From a candidate division FCPU426 bacterium (GTDB lineage: Bacteria; Oederibacteriota; Muellerivitia; Muellerivitales; Muellerivitaceae), in assembly GCA_963719085.1 (NCBI GenBank), contig CAVRAL010000004.1, forward strand, positions 1,223,078 to 1,287,077: a stretch of DNA of 64,000 nt, given 5' to 3'. The notes beneath the pieces were generated by a model. That model saw nothing but the letters and a program-made list of their open reading frames with translations, did not search any database and was not told where the DNA came from. The position numbers and the translations under genes are program-made. This document shows positions 1 to 8,971 of the stretch, one piece after another (within the stretch, counting starts at the first letter, position 1; the number at the start of each line of letters is the position of its first letter).

Positions 1-2
1 TG

Positions 3-158
3 GGCAAGCAGCAGGTGGTTCTGAAGGAACTGGGCGAAAGCCTGCATGACCTGAAGGGCGTCCTGGGCGGGGCCATCTTGGGGGAAGGAAGAGTCGGGCT
101 CATCCTGGATATGGAATGGCTGGTTCGGATGATGAGCGGGGCGTCGTCGAGAAATTAG
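3..158 (+). CDS. cheA: Chemotaxis histidine kinase CheA, C-terminal CheW-like (P5) domain; 5'-truncated by the window edge
   Basis: Manual translation GKQQVVLKELGESLHDLKGVLGGAILGEGRVGLILDMEWL...* matches the CheA C-terminal motif; followed by che genes. Confidence 0.88.
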   Translation, partial: GKQQVVLKELGESLHDLKGVLGGAILGEGRVGLILDMEWLVRMMSGASSRN

Positions 159-175
159 CCGAAAGCGGGGATGTG

Positions 176-285
176 CGTTTGAGAAGCCAAGTCCGCTAAG
201 AACGCGTTGGAGTCCGGAAAAACACCCAGCCTCACCTTGGGGTTCAACGCTTTTGGTGTTCTTGGCGGATTTGGAGTCTCAAGCG
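176..285 (+). other. Long imperfect RNA hairpin between cheA and the TonB-dependent receptor gene
   Basis: cgtttgaga/tctcaagcg, ccaagtccgctaagaac/gttcttggcggatttgg and gcgttgga/ttcaacgc pair; most deviations are G-U wobbles on the + strand. Confidence 0.6.
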
Positions 286-320
286 GTCAAAAAAAGTAGT
301 TCAAACTTAAGGAGGCAGTC

Positions 321-2480
321 ATGAAGGTTCGAGGATTCAGGATGGGCGTGACGCTGGTTTTGGCCGGCGCGCTTTGTTTAGGGTCGGTTCAGGCGCAGGA
401 CGCCGCTCCGGCGGCCGCGGCCAACGGCGGTCATGATTTGACGGCGGTCAGTTTAGAAAGCCTGATGGGCTTGAACGTGGTGGTCACTTCGGCGTCCAAA
501 AAAGCCGAGTCTTTGCGGGACGCGACCTCCGCTATTTTCGTCATCACCCAGGACGACATCCGCCACAGCGGGTTCAAGACCATTCCGGACCTTTTGTCCA
601 TGGTGCCCGGGGTGCAGGTGGCGCGGCAATCGGGGGATGAGTGGGCCGTGAGCGCGCGCGGGTTCAACAGCAATTACAACAACAAGATGCTGGTGCTGGT
701 GGACGGACGCAGCGTGTACGATCCGGTTTTGGGCGGCGTCAACTGGGACGAGCAGGGCGTGATCCTGGAAGACATCGACCATATCGAGGTCATCCGCGGA
801 CCCGGCGGGACCCTCTGGGGATCCAACGCGGTCAACGGCGTCATCAACATCATCACCAAGGACGCCAAACTGACCCAGGGCCTTTATGTCTCGGCCCTGG
901 GCGGCGCCAATCTTTATAAAAACGGCGTCTCCTCCCCGACGGCCCTGAACGGCCAAGGCGAGGCGCGCTACGGCGGCCAATTGGGCGGCGACCTTTATTA
1001 CCGGGTCTACGGCAAAGCCGATAACCAGAACCCCTTCGAGAACCCGGATCAGGGAACCGCGGAACAGGCGCTGAACGGCCCCTGGCATGACGGTTCCTAC
1101 GATTTCCAGGCGGGTTTCCGCGGCGACCTGCACCAGGACAGCGACCAATGGACCTTCGAGGGCGCGGCCGAGCAAGGTCATTTCGACTATACCCGGTTGA
1201 ACACGACCGCCAGCCCTATTTTCGATCCGATCACCTTCACCAATGTCAACGACATCAACACCGACATCGACCAGAACGCCCATTTGCTGGCGGGCTGGAC
1301 CAAGGATTTCAACGACGACTCCGAAATCCAGGCGCAAGGCTATTACGACTTCAACCACCTCACGACCTCCAACGACGATCGCTTAAGCGACGTGGGCCAG
1401 GCCGACCTCCAGTTCCAGCACCGGTTCCATTTGGGGGATGTCAACGAGATCACCTGGGGCGGCAGCTGGCACAACGACACGGTGCGGTTCGCCAATCCGT
1501 TGAACTGGTATTACGTCCCGCAAAACCAAACCGTCAACATCTACTCGGGATTCCTGCAGGACCGGTTGACCCTGGAACGGGACCGCTGGAGCCTGACGGT
1601 CGGCACCAAGCTGGAGAACAACCCCTACACGGGGAACGAGTGGCAGCCTTCCGCCCGATTGCTCTTCACCCCCAACGAGAAGGACAGCTTCTGGGGCGCG
1701 GTGTCGAAGGCGGTCCGCATTCCGACCCTCAGCGCGGAGACCGGTTATGTCTACCTGGCGGGAGTTCCGGCCGGTACTTTCGGCCCCGGCTCCCCGGCGG
1801 AAAACACCTATGGCGCCCTGGTCCCCAATCCGGACCTGAAGGCGGAAAACCTGGTGTCCTACGAATTGGGCTACCGCACGAACCCGACCAAGGAAACCTC
1901 GATCGACCTGGCTTCCTTCTATAACCACTATGAGCAATTGATCAACATCCCGATCGTGCCGGGAAGCTTTTCCTCGCCCGCGGGCGGGGTCATCTCCGAG
2001 GGCGGCTACGGCTTGCCGGTTTTGCAGGAACAGAACACCGGCACGGGCGATATTTGGGGCTTGGAACTGAGCGCCACCTGGAACCCTTCGGCCCAATGGC
2101 GCGCGGCCTTGTCCTACAGCTATCAGGACTATGACCAAGCCATGATCCAGGCTTCCAGCACCAATCTGGGGGGGCCGCCGCCGCACAACTTGGCGAGCCT
2201 GCGCTTGGCCTACACGCCGGTGACGGGACTTTCCTTCAACGGGGAGATTTATTACACCGACGCGACTTTCTTGTACGACTTGAGCACGGACGACGGCAGC
2301 ATCACGCCCGACTATGTGCGCCTCAACCTGGGCGCGGACTGGAAAGCCACCGACAACCTGGAACTGGCCTTGGAAGGCCTGGATTTGGAAGGGGCCCACT
2401 CGGAAACCCTGCAAGCCTACGGCATCTCGCCGGTTCAAGTGGTGCCGAGCTTTTACGCCCAAGCCACGCTTCGCTACTAA
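321..2480 (+). CDS. TonB-dependent outer-membrane receptor (YfiR-associated type)
   Basis: Signal peptide, SLESLM..VVVTSASKK N-terminus, plug motifs (LVLVDGR, IEVIRGPGGTLWGSNAVNGVINIITK), C-terminal aromatic beta-strand ending in Y; RBS aaggagg. Confidence 0.93.
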   Translation: MKVRGFRMGVTLVLAGALCLGSVQAQDAAPAAAANGGHDLTAVSLESLMGLNVVVTSASKKAESLRDATSAIFVITQDDIRHSGFKTIPDLLSMVPGVQVARQSGDEWAVSARGFNSNYNNKMLVLVDGRSVYDPVLGGVNWDEQGVILEDIDHIEVIRGPGGTLWGSNAVNGVINIITKDAKLTQGLYVSALGGANLYKNGVSSPTALNGQGEARYGGQLGGDLYYRVYGKADNQNPFENPDQGTAEQALNGPWHDGSYDFQAGFRGDLHQDSDQWTFEGAAEQGHFDYTRLNTTASPIFDPITFTNVNDINTDIDQNAHLLAGWTKDFNDDSEIQAQGYYDFNHLTTSNDDRLSDVGQADLQFQHRFHLGDVNEITWGGSWHNDTVRFANPLNWYYVPQNQTVNIYSGFLQDRLTLERDRWSLTVGTKLENNPYTGNEWQPSARLLFTPNEKDSFWGAVSKAVRIPTLSAETGYVYLAGVPAGTFGPGSPAENTYGALVPNPDLKAENLVSYELGYRTNPTKETSIDLASFYNHYEQLINIPIVPGSFSSPAGGVISEGGYGLPVLQEQNTGTGDIWGLELSATWNPSAQWRAALSYSYQDYDQAMIQASSTNLGGPPPHNLASLRLAYTPVTGLSFNGEIYYTDATFLYDLSTDDGSITPDYVRLNLGADWKATDNLELALEGLDLEGAHSETLQAYGISPVQVVPSFYAQATLRY

Positions 2481-2504
2481 TGCCGAACGGTCAAGGAGAC
2501 CTTT

Positions 2505-3056
2505 ATGAAAAAGTTTAAACGCGTTCTTCTTCTGAGCTTGATGGGCCTGGCCTGGCCGGTGTTCGGACAGGGAGTGTCCGAATACACGGTCAAGGCCGCC
2601 TATCTTTACAACTTCGCCCAGTTCGTGGACTGGCCCAAGGGCGCCTTCGGGGGCGACGCCGCCCCCCTGGTGATCGGCATCGTGGGCGACGACCCTTTCG
2701 GATCCTCGCTGGATGACGCCGTCAGCGGCAAAACCGCCGGCGGCCACCCGCTGTCGGTGAGGCGCCTGGGGGCTTTTGACCCGGCCAAAGCCGCGGGGCT
2801 GGGCCGCTGCCAGATGCTTTTTATTTCTTACTCCGAAAAGGACCACCTGCGGGACATCCTGCAGGCCCTTTCGGGCGCGAAGACGCTCACGGTCTCGGAG
2901 ATCGACCGGTTTCCCATGAAGGGCGGCATGATCCAGTTCGACCAAGTGGGCGACAAGATCACCCTGGACGTGAACCCCACGGCCGCCAAACACGCGGGGC
3001 TTTCCCTGCGCGCGCAGCTGCTTCAGGTTTCCAAAATACAAGACTCGGAGGAATAG
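2505..3056 (+). CDS. YfiR-family (DUF4154) periplasmic protein
   Basis: Signal peptide; EYTVKAAYLYNFAQFVDWP, GDDPFG, LTVSE, GGMIQF motifs. Confidence 0.9.
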   Translation: MKKFKRVLLLSLMGLAWPVFGQGVSEYTVKAAYLYNFAQFVDWPKGAFGGDAAPLVIGIVGDDPFGSSLDDAVSGKTAGGHPLSVRRLGAFDPAKAAGLGRCQMLFISYSEKDHLRDILQALSGAKTLTVSEIDRFPMKGGMIQFDQVGDKITLDVNPTAAKHAGLSLRAQLLQVSKIQDSEE

Positions 3057-3058
3057 CC

Positions 3059-4573
3059 ATGAGGTTCGTTCATTTCAAGGGATTTTCCCTCCGGGACAAA
3101 ATCATCTGGATCACGGGACTCTCGACCACCGTCTCGCTTTTGCTGGCCTGCCTGGTGCTGGCCCTGAACGAGCGGATGTCGTACCCGAAAATTATGGCGG
3201 GACACTTGGGTGAGCTGGCCCAGGTGATCGGGGACAACAGCACGGCGGCCTTGAGCTTCAACGACGCCAAGACCGCGCAAACCTTGCTGGAGACCCTCAA
3301 GGGCAACCCCCATATCGTCTCGGCGCTGCTTTATGACGCGCAGGGAAAAATTTTCGCCCAGTATTCGCAAGACTCGGCCGCGCCCCTGCCGGTTTCGGCG
3401 GTCACCGCCCAGCCCCAGGGCTGGTCGCTTTCGGGCGGGTCGCTGGCGCTTTACCAGGACATCAACCTGGGCGGGCAAAAGGTCGGGACGGTGCGCCTGC
3501 AATCGGACCTCAAGGAAATGAGCGCCCGCATGGCCGCTTACAGCCTGGTGACCTTGGCGGTCTTGGTCTTGTCCGTCTTTGTTTCTTTCTTAACCTCCGC
3601 CACGCTTCAAAGGCAGGTGTCGGACCCCTTAAGGACGGTCATTGAGGGGTTGAACGACAGCGCCCAGCAAATGACCGCCAGCTCCGGGCAAATTTCCACC
3701 GCCAGCCAACAGCTGGCCGAGGGAGCGTCGGAGTCGGCCAGCAGTTTGGAAGAAACCATCTCGTCCTTGGAAGAGATGGCTTCCATGACCCGGCAAAACG
3801 CCGAGAGCGCCGGACGGGCTAAAAGGCTGATGGAGGAGACCCAATCCACGGTCTCCCGGGGCAACCAATGCGTTTCGGAGACCCTCGGTGCGATGCAAGA
3901 AATGAACGACAGCGCCCAAAAGGTCGCCAAAATTTTGAAGACGATCGAGGAGATCGCCTTCCAAACCAACCTGTTATCCCTCAACGCGGCCGTGGAAGCG
4001 GCCCGCGCCGGGGAGCAGGGGAGGGGTTTCGCCGTGGTGGCCGAGGAAGTGAGGAGCCTGGCCCAGCGCAGCTCCGCCGCGGCCAAGGACACCGCCAATC
4101 TGATCGAGGAAAACGCCCGCCGCGCGGCCCAAGGCCTCAAGGTCAGCGACGAGGCGGGACGGGCCCTGACCCAAATCGTGGATCAGTCCAAGAAGGTGTC
4201 GGGCCTCATTGAGGAGATCGCGGTGGCCAGCGAGGAACAATCCCGGGGCATCCAAGAAATCAACGGCGCCGTGGCCCAGATGGACAAGGTCACCCAGCGC
4301 AACAGCGCCAATTCGGAGGAATTGTCCTCCTTCAGCGAGGAAATGTCGGGCCAATCCAAGGGGCTTAAAGAAATGGTCGGCGGACTATTGCAAGTCTTGA
4401 ACGGCGTCAAAGCCGGCCTCGCGCCCGAGCCCTTCGCCGCGGCGCCGGCGCCGATAGCAAGTGTTCCGGCCAAACCAGCCGCCGCCCCGGCGTCGTCGCG
4501 CCGGGAAGCGCGCGTCAAGCGCGCCCCGGAGCGGGTGGTGGCCTTGAGCGCCGAGGAATTACGGAACTTTTAA
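3059..4573 (+). CDS. Methyl-accepting chemotaxis protein with CHASE8/YfiN-like periplasmic domain
   Basis: Two TM helices; periplasmic AQVIGDNSTAALSFND..A..LL..L..NPHI..A.LYD..G..FA.Y; signalling hairpin [37 protein letters not shown]. Confidence 0.92.
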   Translation: MRFVHFKGFSLRDKIIWITGLSTTVSLLLACLVLALNERMSYPKIMAGHLGELAQVIGDNSTAALSFNDAKTAQTLLETLKGNPHIVSALLYDAQGKIFAQYSQDSAAPLPVSAVTAQPQGWSLSGGSLALYQDINLGGQKVGTVRLQSDLKEMSARMAAYSLVTLAVLVLSVFVSFLTSATLQRQVSDPLRTVIEGLNDSAQQMTASSGQISTASQQLAEGASESASSLEETISSLEEMASMTRQNAESAGRAKRLMEETQSTVSRGNQCVSETLGAMQEMNDSAQKVAKILKTIEEIAFQTNLLSLNAAVEAARAGEQGRGFAVVAEEVRSLAQRSSAAAKDTANLIEENARRAAQGLKVSDEAGRALTQIVDQSKKVSGLIEEIAVASEEQSRGIQEINGAVAQMDKVTQRNSANSEELSSFSEEMSGQSKGLKEMVGGLLQVLNGVKAGLAPEPFAAAPAPIASVPAKPAAAPASSRREARVKRAPERVVALSAEELRNF

Positions 4574-4598
4574 CCTGGAACAAAGAATGGAGAAGGCA

Positions 4599-5096
4599 AT
4601 GACCGATCAAAAGGGTGAGGACAAGTACCTGACCTTCGCCGTGGGCCGGGAAGAGTACGGCGTGGAAATCCTCAGGGTGAAAGAAATCGTCGGGCTCTTG
4701 GATATCACGGCGGTCCCCATGACCACCACCCATATCCGGGGGGTCATCAACTTAAGGGGGAAGATCATCCCGGTCTTGGACCTGCGGCACAAGCTGGGGC
4801 TTCCGCCGGCCGCGAGCGCCAAGGAAAACTGCATCGTGATCGTTTCGGTTTCGGGCCGCCAGGGCGAGAGCCCGGTGGGCCTGTTGGTGGACAGCGTGAA
4901 CGAGGTCTTTAAGGAGGCGGACGCGCAAAAAGAGCCCCTGCCCGAGGTGGGGGAAGGCAAGAGCCTGGATTTCGTGAAGGGGCTGGCCAAGGTCAAAGGG
5001 CGGCTGGTGATTTTGCTCGATGTGGAAAAAACCGTCCTGCGGGAAGAGCTCGAGGGCTTGGAAGAACTTGAAAATTTGGCGAAGGCGGGCCGGTAA
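4599..5096 (+). CDS. cheW: Chemotaxis coupling protein CheW (alternative start 4587)
   Basis: KYLTF..G.EEYG..I..V.EI, GVINLRGKIIPVLDLR, GLLVDSVNEV. Confidence 0.95.
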   Translation: MTDQKGEDKYLTFAVGREEYGVEILRVKEIVGLLDITAVPMTTTHIRGVINLRGKIIPVLDLRHKLGLPPAASAKENCIVIVSVSGRQGESPVGLLVDSVNEVFKEADAQKEPLPEVGEGKSLDFVKGLAKVKGRLVILLDVEKTVLREELEGLEELENLAKAGR

Positions 5097-5098
5097 GG

Positions 5099-5935
5099 AT
5101 GGAAACCATGACAGTCAAGGAAATGCGGTTGGCGGAGTTTGAGAAGCTGGCGCGGCTGGTCTATGAGCAAAGCGGCATCAAGCTGGAGCTTCCCAAACGG
5201 GATCTTTTACAGGCGCGCCTGCGCAAACGGCTGAAGGCCCTGGGCTTAAGCGGGTTTAAGGATTATTTAAAGTTCGTGGCCCAGGATTCGACCGGCGGGG
5301 AAGTCATCCAGATGATGGATTGCGTGACGACGAACAAGACCGAGTTTTTCAGGGAAGGGCGCCATTTCGAGCATTTGGCCGAACAAGCCTTGCCGGCTTT
5401 GCTTCAGCGCCCGGACCGCCGGGAAGAGCCCTTGCGGCTTTGGAGCGCGGCTTGTTCCACGGGCGAGGAAGTTTACAGCCTGGCCATGACCGCCCTGGAA
5501 AGGGTGGGCGGGACCCGGGTGGTGAAGGTTTTGGGCACCGACCTGTCCACCCAGGTCCTTCAAAAGGCCTTGGAAGGGCGCTATGACGCCGACAAAACCC
5601 GGGGCGTGCCGGAAGCCTGGCGGGTGAAGTATTTCATCCAAGAAGAAGCCGAGGGCCGGTGGGTCGACCGCGCCGGGCATCTGCTAAAGCGGGTGACGCG
5701 TTTTTCCCGGCTCAACTTGAACGGCGGGGATTACGCGTTCCGCGCGCCGTTTGACGTGATCTTTTGCCGCAACGTGATGATTTATTTTGACGCGGCCGTC
5801 CAGCAAAAGCTGGTGGACCGCTTGACGGGCTGTTTAAAGCGGGGCGGCTATCTTTATACCGGCCTCTCCGAAAGCCTGCTTCGGGTCAAGCATGGGCTCG
5901 TCAATATCGGACCGTCGATTTATCAAAAACCATGA
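5099..5935 (+). CDS. cheR: Chemotaxis methyltransferase CheR
   Basis: TTNKTEFFRE, WSAACSTGEEVYSLAM, FDVIFCRNVMIYFD. Confidence 0.96.
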   Translation: METMTVKEMRLAEFEKLARLVYEQSGIKLELPKRDLLQARLRKRLKALGLSGFKDYLKFVAQDSTGGEVIQMMDCVTTNKTEFFREGRHFEHLAEQALPALLQRPDRREEPLRLWSAACSTGEEVYSLAMTALERVGGTRVVKVLGTDLSTQVLQKALEGRYDADKTRGVPEAWRVKYFIQEEAEGRWVDRAGHLLKRVTRFSRLNLNGGDYAFRAPFDVIFCRNVMIYFDAAVQQKLVDRLTGCLKRGGYLYTGLSESLLRVKHGLVNIGPSIYQKP

Positions 5936-6435
5936 AGCGGGAGATTTTAATGACGACGGACCAGAAGGTCATCGTGGGCGTGGGCGACTATTGGGTGACG
6001 AATGACCGGGCCAAGACCCTGGTGACTTATTCGCTCGGGTCTTGCGTGGGCGTGACGGCTTTTGACCCCCAGGCGGGGGTCGGGGGGATTTTGCACTTTA
6101 AGCTTCCCCACTCCGAGCTCAATCCCCGCATGGCGGCCGACAAGCCGGGGGTTTTTGGCGACACGGGATTGAAGGCTTTTTTGGAGGAGCTTTTCGGGCA
6201 GGGTGCCACCCGGCCCCAATTGGAAATCAAACTGGCGGGCGGGGCCCAGTCCCTGGGGACCGGTTCCTTCAATATCGGCCAGCGCAATTTGCTGCTCGCC
6301 CGGCGGTTTTTATGGATGAACGGCCTATTGGTTTCCCGCGAGGACACCGGCGGGCATGACTACCGCACCTTGCGTTTGGAAATGGCCACGGGGCGGGTTT
6401 TGCTGCAGGACCCGAGGGGCGCTTACGAGCTGTAA
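5932..6435 (+). CDS. cheD: Chemoreceptor glutamine deamidase CheD (alternative start 5950)
   Basis: LGSCVGV, GGILHFKLP, NIGQRN, EDTGG..RT motifs. Confidence 0.93.
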   Translation: MKREILMTTDQKVIVGVGDYWVTNDRAKTLVTYSLGSCVGVTAFDPQAGVGGILHFKLPHSELNPRMAADKPGVFGDTGLKAFLEELFGQGATRPQLEIKLAGGAQSLGTGSFNIGQRNLLLARRFLWMNGLLVSREDTGGHDYRTLRLEMATGRVLLQDPRGAYEL

Positions 6436-6443
6436 CAGAAGGG

Positions 6444-6472
6444 TGAGAAAGTCCCGAAACCGGACTTTCTCA
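6444..6472 (+). terminator. Perfect 11-bp hairpin between cheD and the CheY-like gene (terminator or mRNA-stabilising stem)
   Basis: tgagaaagtcc-cgaaacc-ggactttctca. Confidence 0.5.
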
Positions 6473-6589
6473 TATTAGCCAACGAGCCGCGAGGCGAAAT
6501 GAGGCGGCGCGTTTTAGCCCGGGGCTGTTTCGGGGCGGTTTCAAGATTTTTCGGGCGCCCCGTGATTTTTTAAAAATGAGGAGGATGGA

Positions 6590-6985
6590 ATGGCTTTTAA
6601 TTTCTTGATCGTGGATGACTCGACGACCAGCCGGGGCATCATCAAAAAAACGCTGAAACTGACCCGGCTGCCCCTGGGCGATATTTGGGAAGCGGCCAAC
6701 GGCCGGGAAGGCCTGGACCAGATGCGCTCCAACTGGGTGGACCTGGTTTTGGCGGACCTGAACATGCCCGACATGACGGGCCAGGAAATGATCGAGGCCA
6801 TGGGCCAAGATCCCCTGCTTTCCAAGCTGCAAGTGGTGGTGGTGAGCTCGGAAGGGAACCAAGCGGTGCTGGACTCGCTCTTTAAAAAAGGAGTCCGGCA
6901 GGTGGTGCGCAAGCCCTTCGAGCCGGCCTTGCTTCGGGACGTGATTGAGAAGGCGCTCCAAATTAAATCCGAGAGCCAAGACTAA
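6590..6985 (+). CDS. CheY-like single-domain response regulator
   Basis: LIVDDS, DLNMPDMTG, VSSE, KPF receiver motifs; within che cluster. Confidence 0.9.
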   Translation: MAFNFLIVDDSTTSRGIIKKTLKLTRLPLGDIWEAANGREGLDQMRSNWVDLVLADLNMPDMTGQEMIEAMGQDPLLSKLQVVVVSSEGNQAVLDSLFKKGVRQVVRKPFEPALLRDVIEKALQIKSESQD

Positions 6986-6998
6986 AAAGGGGGAGAGG

Positions 6999-7769
6999 AT
7001 GACGAACACACAGCTCAAAAACGTGCTTTTGATCGACGGGGCCGCGATGTCCCGGAAACTTTTGGCGGTACGCCTGCAGTCCATCGACTTGAACCCGGTG
7101 GAAGCCGCCAACGCGGCGGAGCTTCACAAGTTGACCGGACCCGGCCGTTCGTTTGATTTGGTCGTGACCGAGCAGACTTTGGAGGGAATGGAAAGGCCGG
7201 AGTTGCTTCAGAAATTAAGGGACTTGGGATGCCCCGTCCTTATCTTTACCGACCAACCGGTGACCGAGGCCCAAGAAAAGCCTTCTTATATAAGGGGAGT
7301 CTTTCACAAGAGCCAGCGCAATGACCTGCTGAAGGCCGTGGTGGTGGCCCTGGGCGCTGTGCCCGCCCGTGAAATGAAGGAAGTGGAACGCCATATCCTG
7401 GTGATCGAGGATTCGCCCACCATCCGCAATTTCCTGCGGCGCATTTTAGAGAAAAGTTTCCCCGGCAGCGTGATCCGGGAAGCCTCCGACGGACGGGAAG
7501 CCCTGTCCGAGATGTCGAATAAAAAGGTCGATTTTATCCTCACGGACCTTCAGATGCCGGGCATGGACGGCCACGCTTTTTTAAAGATGCTGCATTCCAA
7601 TCCCATCCTCAAGCACAAGCCCGTGGTGGTGCTGTCCTCTTCCATCACGTCCGAACTGCGCGAGCAGGTGAAAGGCTTTGAGAAGGTGCGGCTTTTGGCC
7701 AAGCCCTCCTCGGCCGAGGAAATTTCAAAAACCCTGGGCGAACTGATGGTCTTGTCGACGGCGGTTTAA
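6999..7769 (+). CDS. Tandem receiver-domain protein (degenerate REC + canonical REC)
   Basis: ATG at 6999 after ggagagg; N-terminal REC has VVTEQ in place of the phospho-Asp; C-terminal REC has IEDS, TDLQMPGMDG, KP. Confidence 0.85.
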   Translation: MTNTQLKNVLLIDGAAMSRKLLAVRLQSIDLNPVEAANAAELHKLTGPGRSFDLVVTEQTLEGMERPELLQKLRDLGCPVLIFTDQPVTEAQEKPSYIRGVFHKSQRNDLLKAVVVALGAVPAREMKEVERHILVIEDSPTIRNFLRRILEKSFPGSVIREASDGREALSEMSNKKVDFILTDLQMPGMDGHAFLKMLHSNPILKHKPVVVLSSSITSELREQVKGFEKVRLLAKPSSAEEISKTLGELMVLSTAV

Positions 7770-7789
7770 CCCTGGTTTTTTTAAAAGGC

Positions 7790-8368
7790 TTATAAAATGT
7801 AAAAAACCAGGCCGGCTTCCAGCGGCATGAAAACCGCCGGATTGGTGGTGCCGCCGCTGGAAATATTTTTGGAGATAAAGTCCACGTCTAACCGGCCTTG
7901 GGCGAAAAGGGCCGCGTTCGGAAAGGCCCGCCAAAGCACGCCCGCGCCCGGCGCCATCAACAGATCGGTCTGGGTCGTTGAAACAGTCGATACCTTCAGG
8001 GTATTGAAAGCCGCGCCGAACCCGAAGAAAACATAAGGTCTTAAATCCTCGCCGCCGAGGGTGATCTTGGTGACTTCCATCAAAGGCACGTAGGAAAAGT
8101 CATCTCCCGAAGGGGCGCTTTGAAGGTTGAATTGGTAATAGCCCGTCAGGATGCCTTCACTGAGATTGGGCGTAATCCGGTAGCTGATCCCTAAGTCGCC
8201 GCCGAAGCCGACTTGGTAGGCTTTGGACGCGTCGCCGCTGGAAGGGATGGCCACCGAACCGCCGATCTGTTCCACCCAATGCTCATCCGGGCCCAGGGTC
8301 GCCTGAGCGAAACTGAGGCCGCCCGAAAGCCAAGCCAGCGTCAAAGCCAATAAGCCTAATTTTTTCAT
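7790..8368 (-). CDS. Small outer-membrane beta-barrel protein (OmpA/OmpW-like)
   Basis: MKKLGLLAL signal peptide after aaggag; alternating beta-strands, RPYVFFGFG, aromatic C-terminal strand. Confidence 0.7.
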   Translation of the reverse strand: MKKLGLLALTLAWLSGGLSFAQATLGPDEHWVEQIGGSVAIPSSGDASKAYQVGFGGDLGISYRITPNLSEGILTGYYQFNLQSAPSGDDFSYVPLMEVTKITLGGEDLRPYVFFGFGAAFNTLKVSTVSTTQTDLLMAPGAGVLWRAFPNAALFAQGRLDVDFISKNISSGGTTNPAVFMPLEAGLVFYIL

Positions 8369-8634
8369 GATCGGCTCCTTAATGAGTATTGCGTCTTGGT
8401 GGTTATCTTCCCATAGTCTAAGCGGCTCCATTATGACGCCGGTCACCATGGGTTTGATAGGGAGGGCGTGGATAAAATTTGGGTCGTTTTTTCCCTTCTG
8501 GGTAAAAGGCGGCGGGGGCGCCGGTCCCCGCTTTACCCGGAATCCCTTGAAAACCCTTTAAAAAAACCGAAGGCCGGTTGGTACGATCCATGCTTTACAA
8601 CACCTGTCGTTAAATAAACCGGAGGTTGAATAGC

Positions 8635-8967
8635 ATGATCCCCAACCAGCTGAAATCCTGCGTGGAGCTCGAGAAGGAACTTTTCCGTTTGAAGGAACAT
8701 TTTGAGTACTTCAAGGACTCCGAGCCTAAAGAACTGTTGGATTGGGCCCTTTATTTCCAAAAGTGGGGCAAAAGGGTTTCCAACCAAGGATTGAGCTGGG
8801 TGCGGCCCTATTTGGAATTGGCCAACCTGATGGTGAGCAGCCTGAGCGGCCGCCGGGCGCCGGCGGGGGCCTTTGACTTGATGCTGCGGGCCATGCGGGG
8901 AGCGCAACGGGATATGCAGAGGGAAATCGACCAGCTGCAACACGAAAAGATCGCGGTGGGCTTCTAA
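8635..8967 (+). CDS. Hypothetical helical protein
   Basis: ORF with ggagg RBS that fills the gap between convergent neighbours. Confidence 0.6.
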   Translation: MIPNQLKSCVELEKELFRLKEHFEYFKDSEPKELLDWALYFQKWGKRVSNQGLSWVRPYLELANLMVSSLSGRRAPAGAFDLMLRAMRGAQRDMQREIDQLQHEKIAVGF

Positions 8968-8971
8968 ATCC

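Noticed and set aside
1383..3041. 552-aa minus-strand ORF (also 453-1358)
   Set aside because: Antisense shadow of the TBDR and YfiR genes caused by GC-rich codon bias; no motifs
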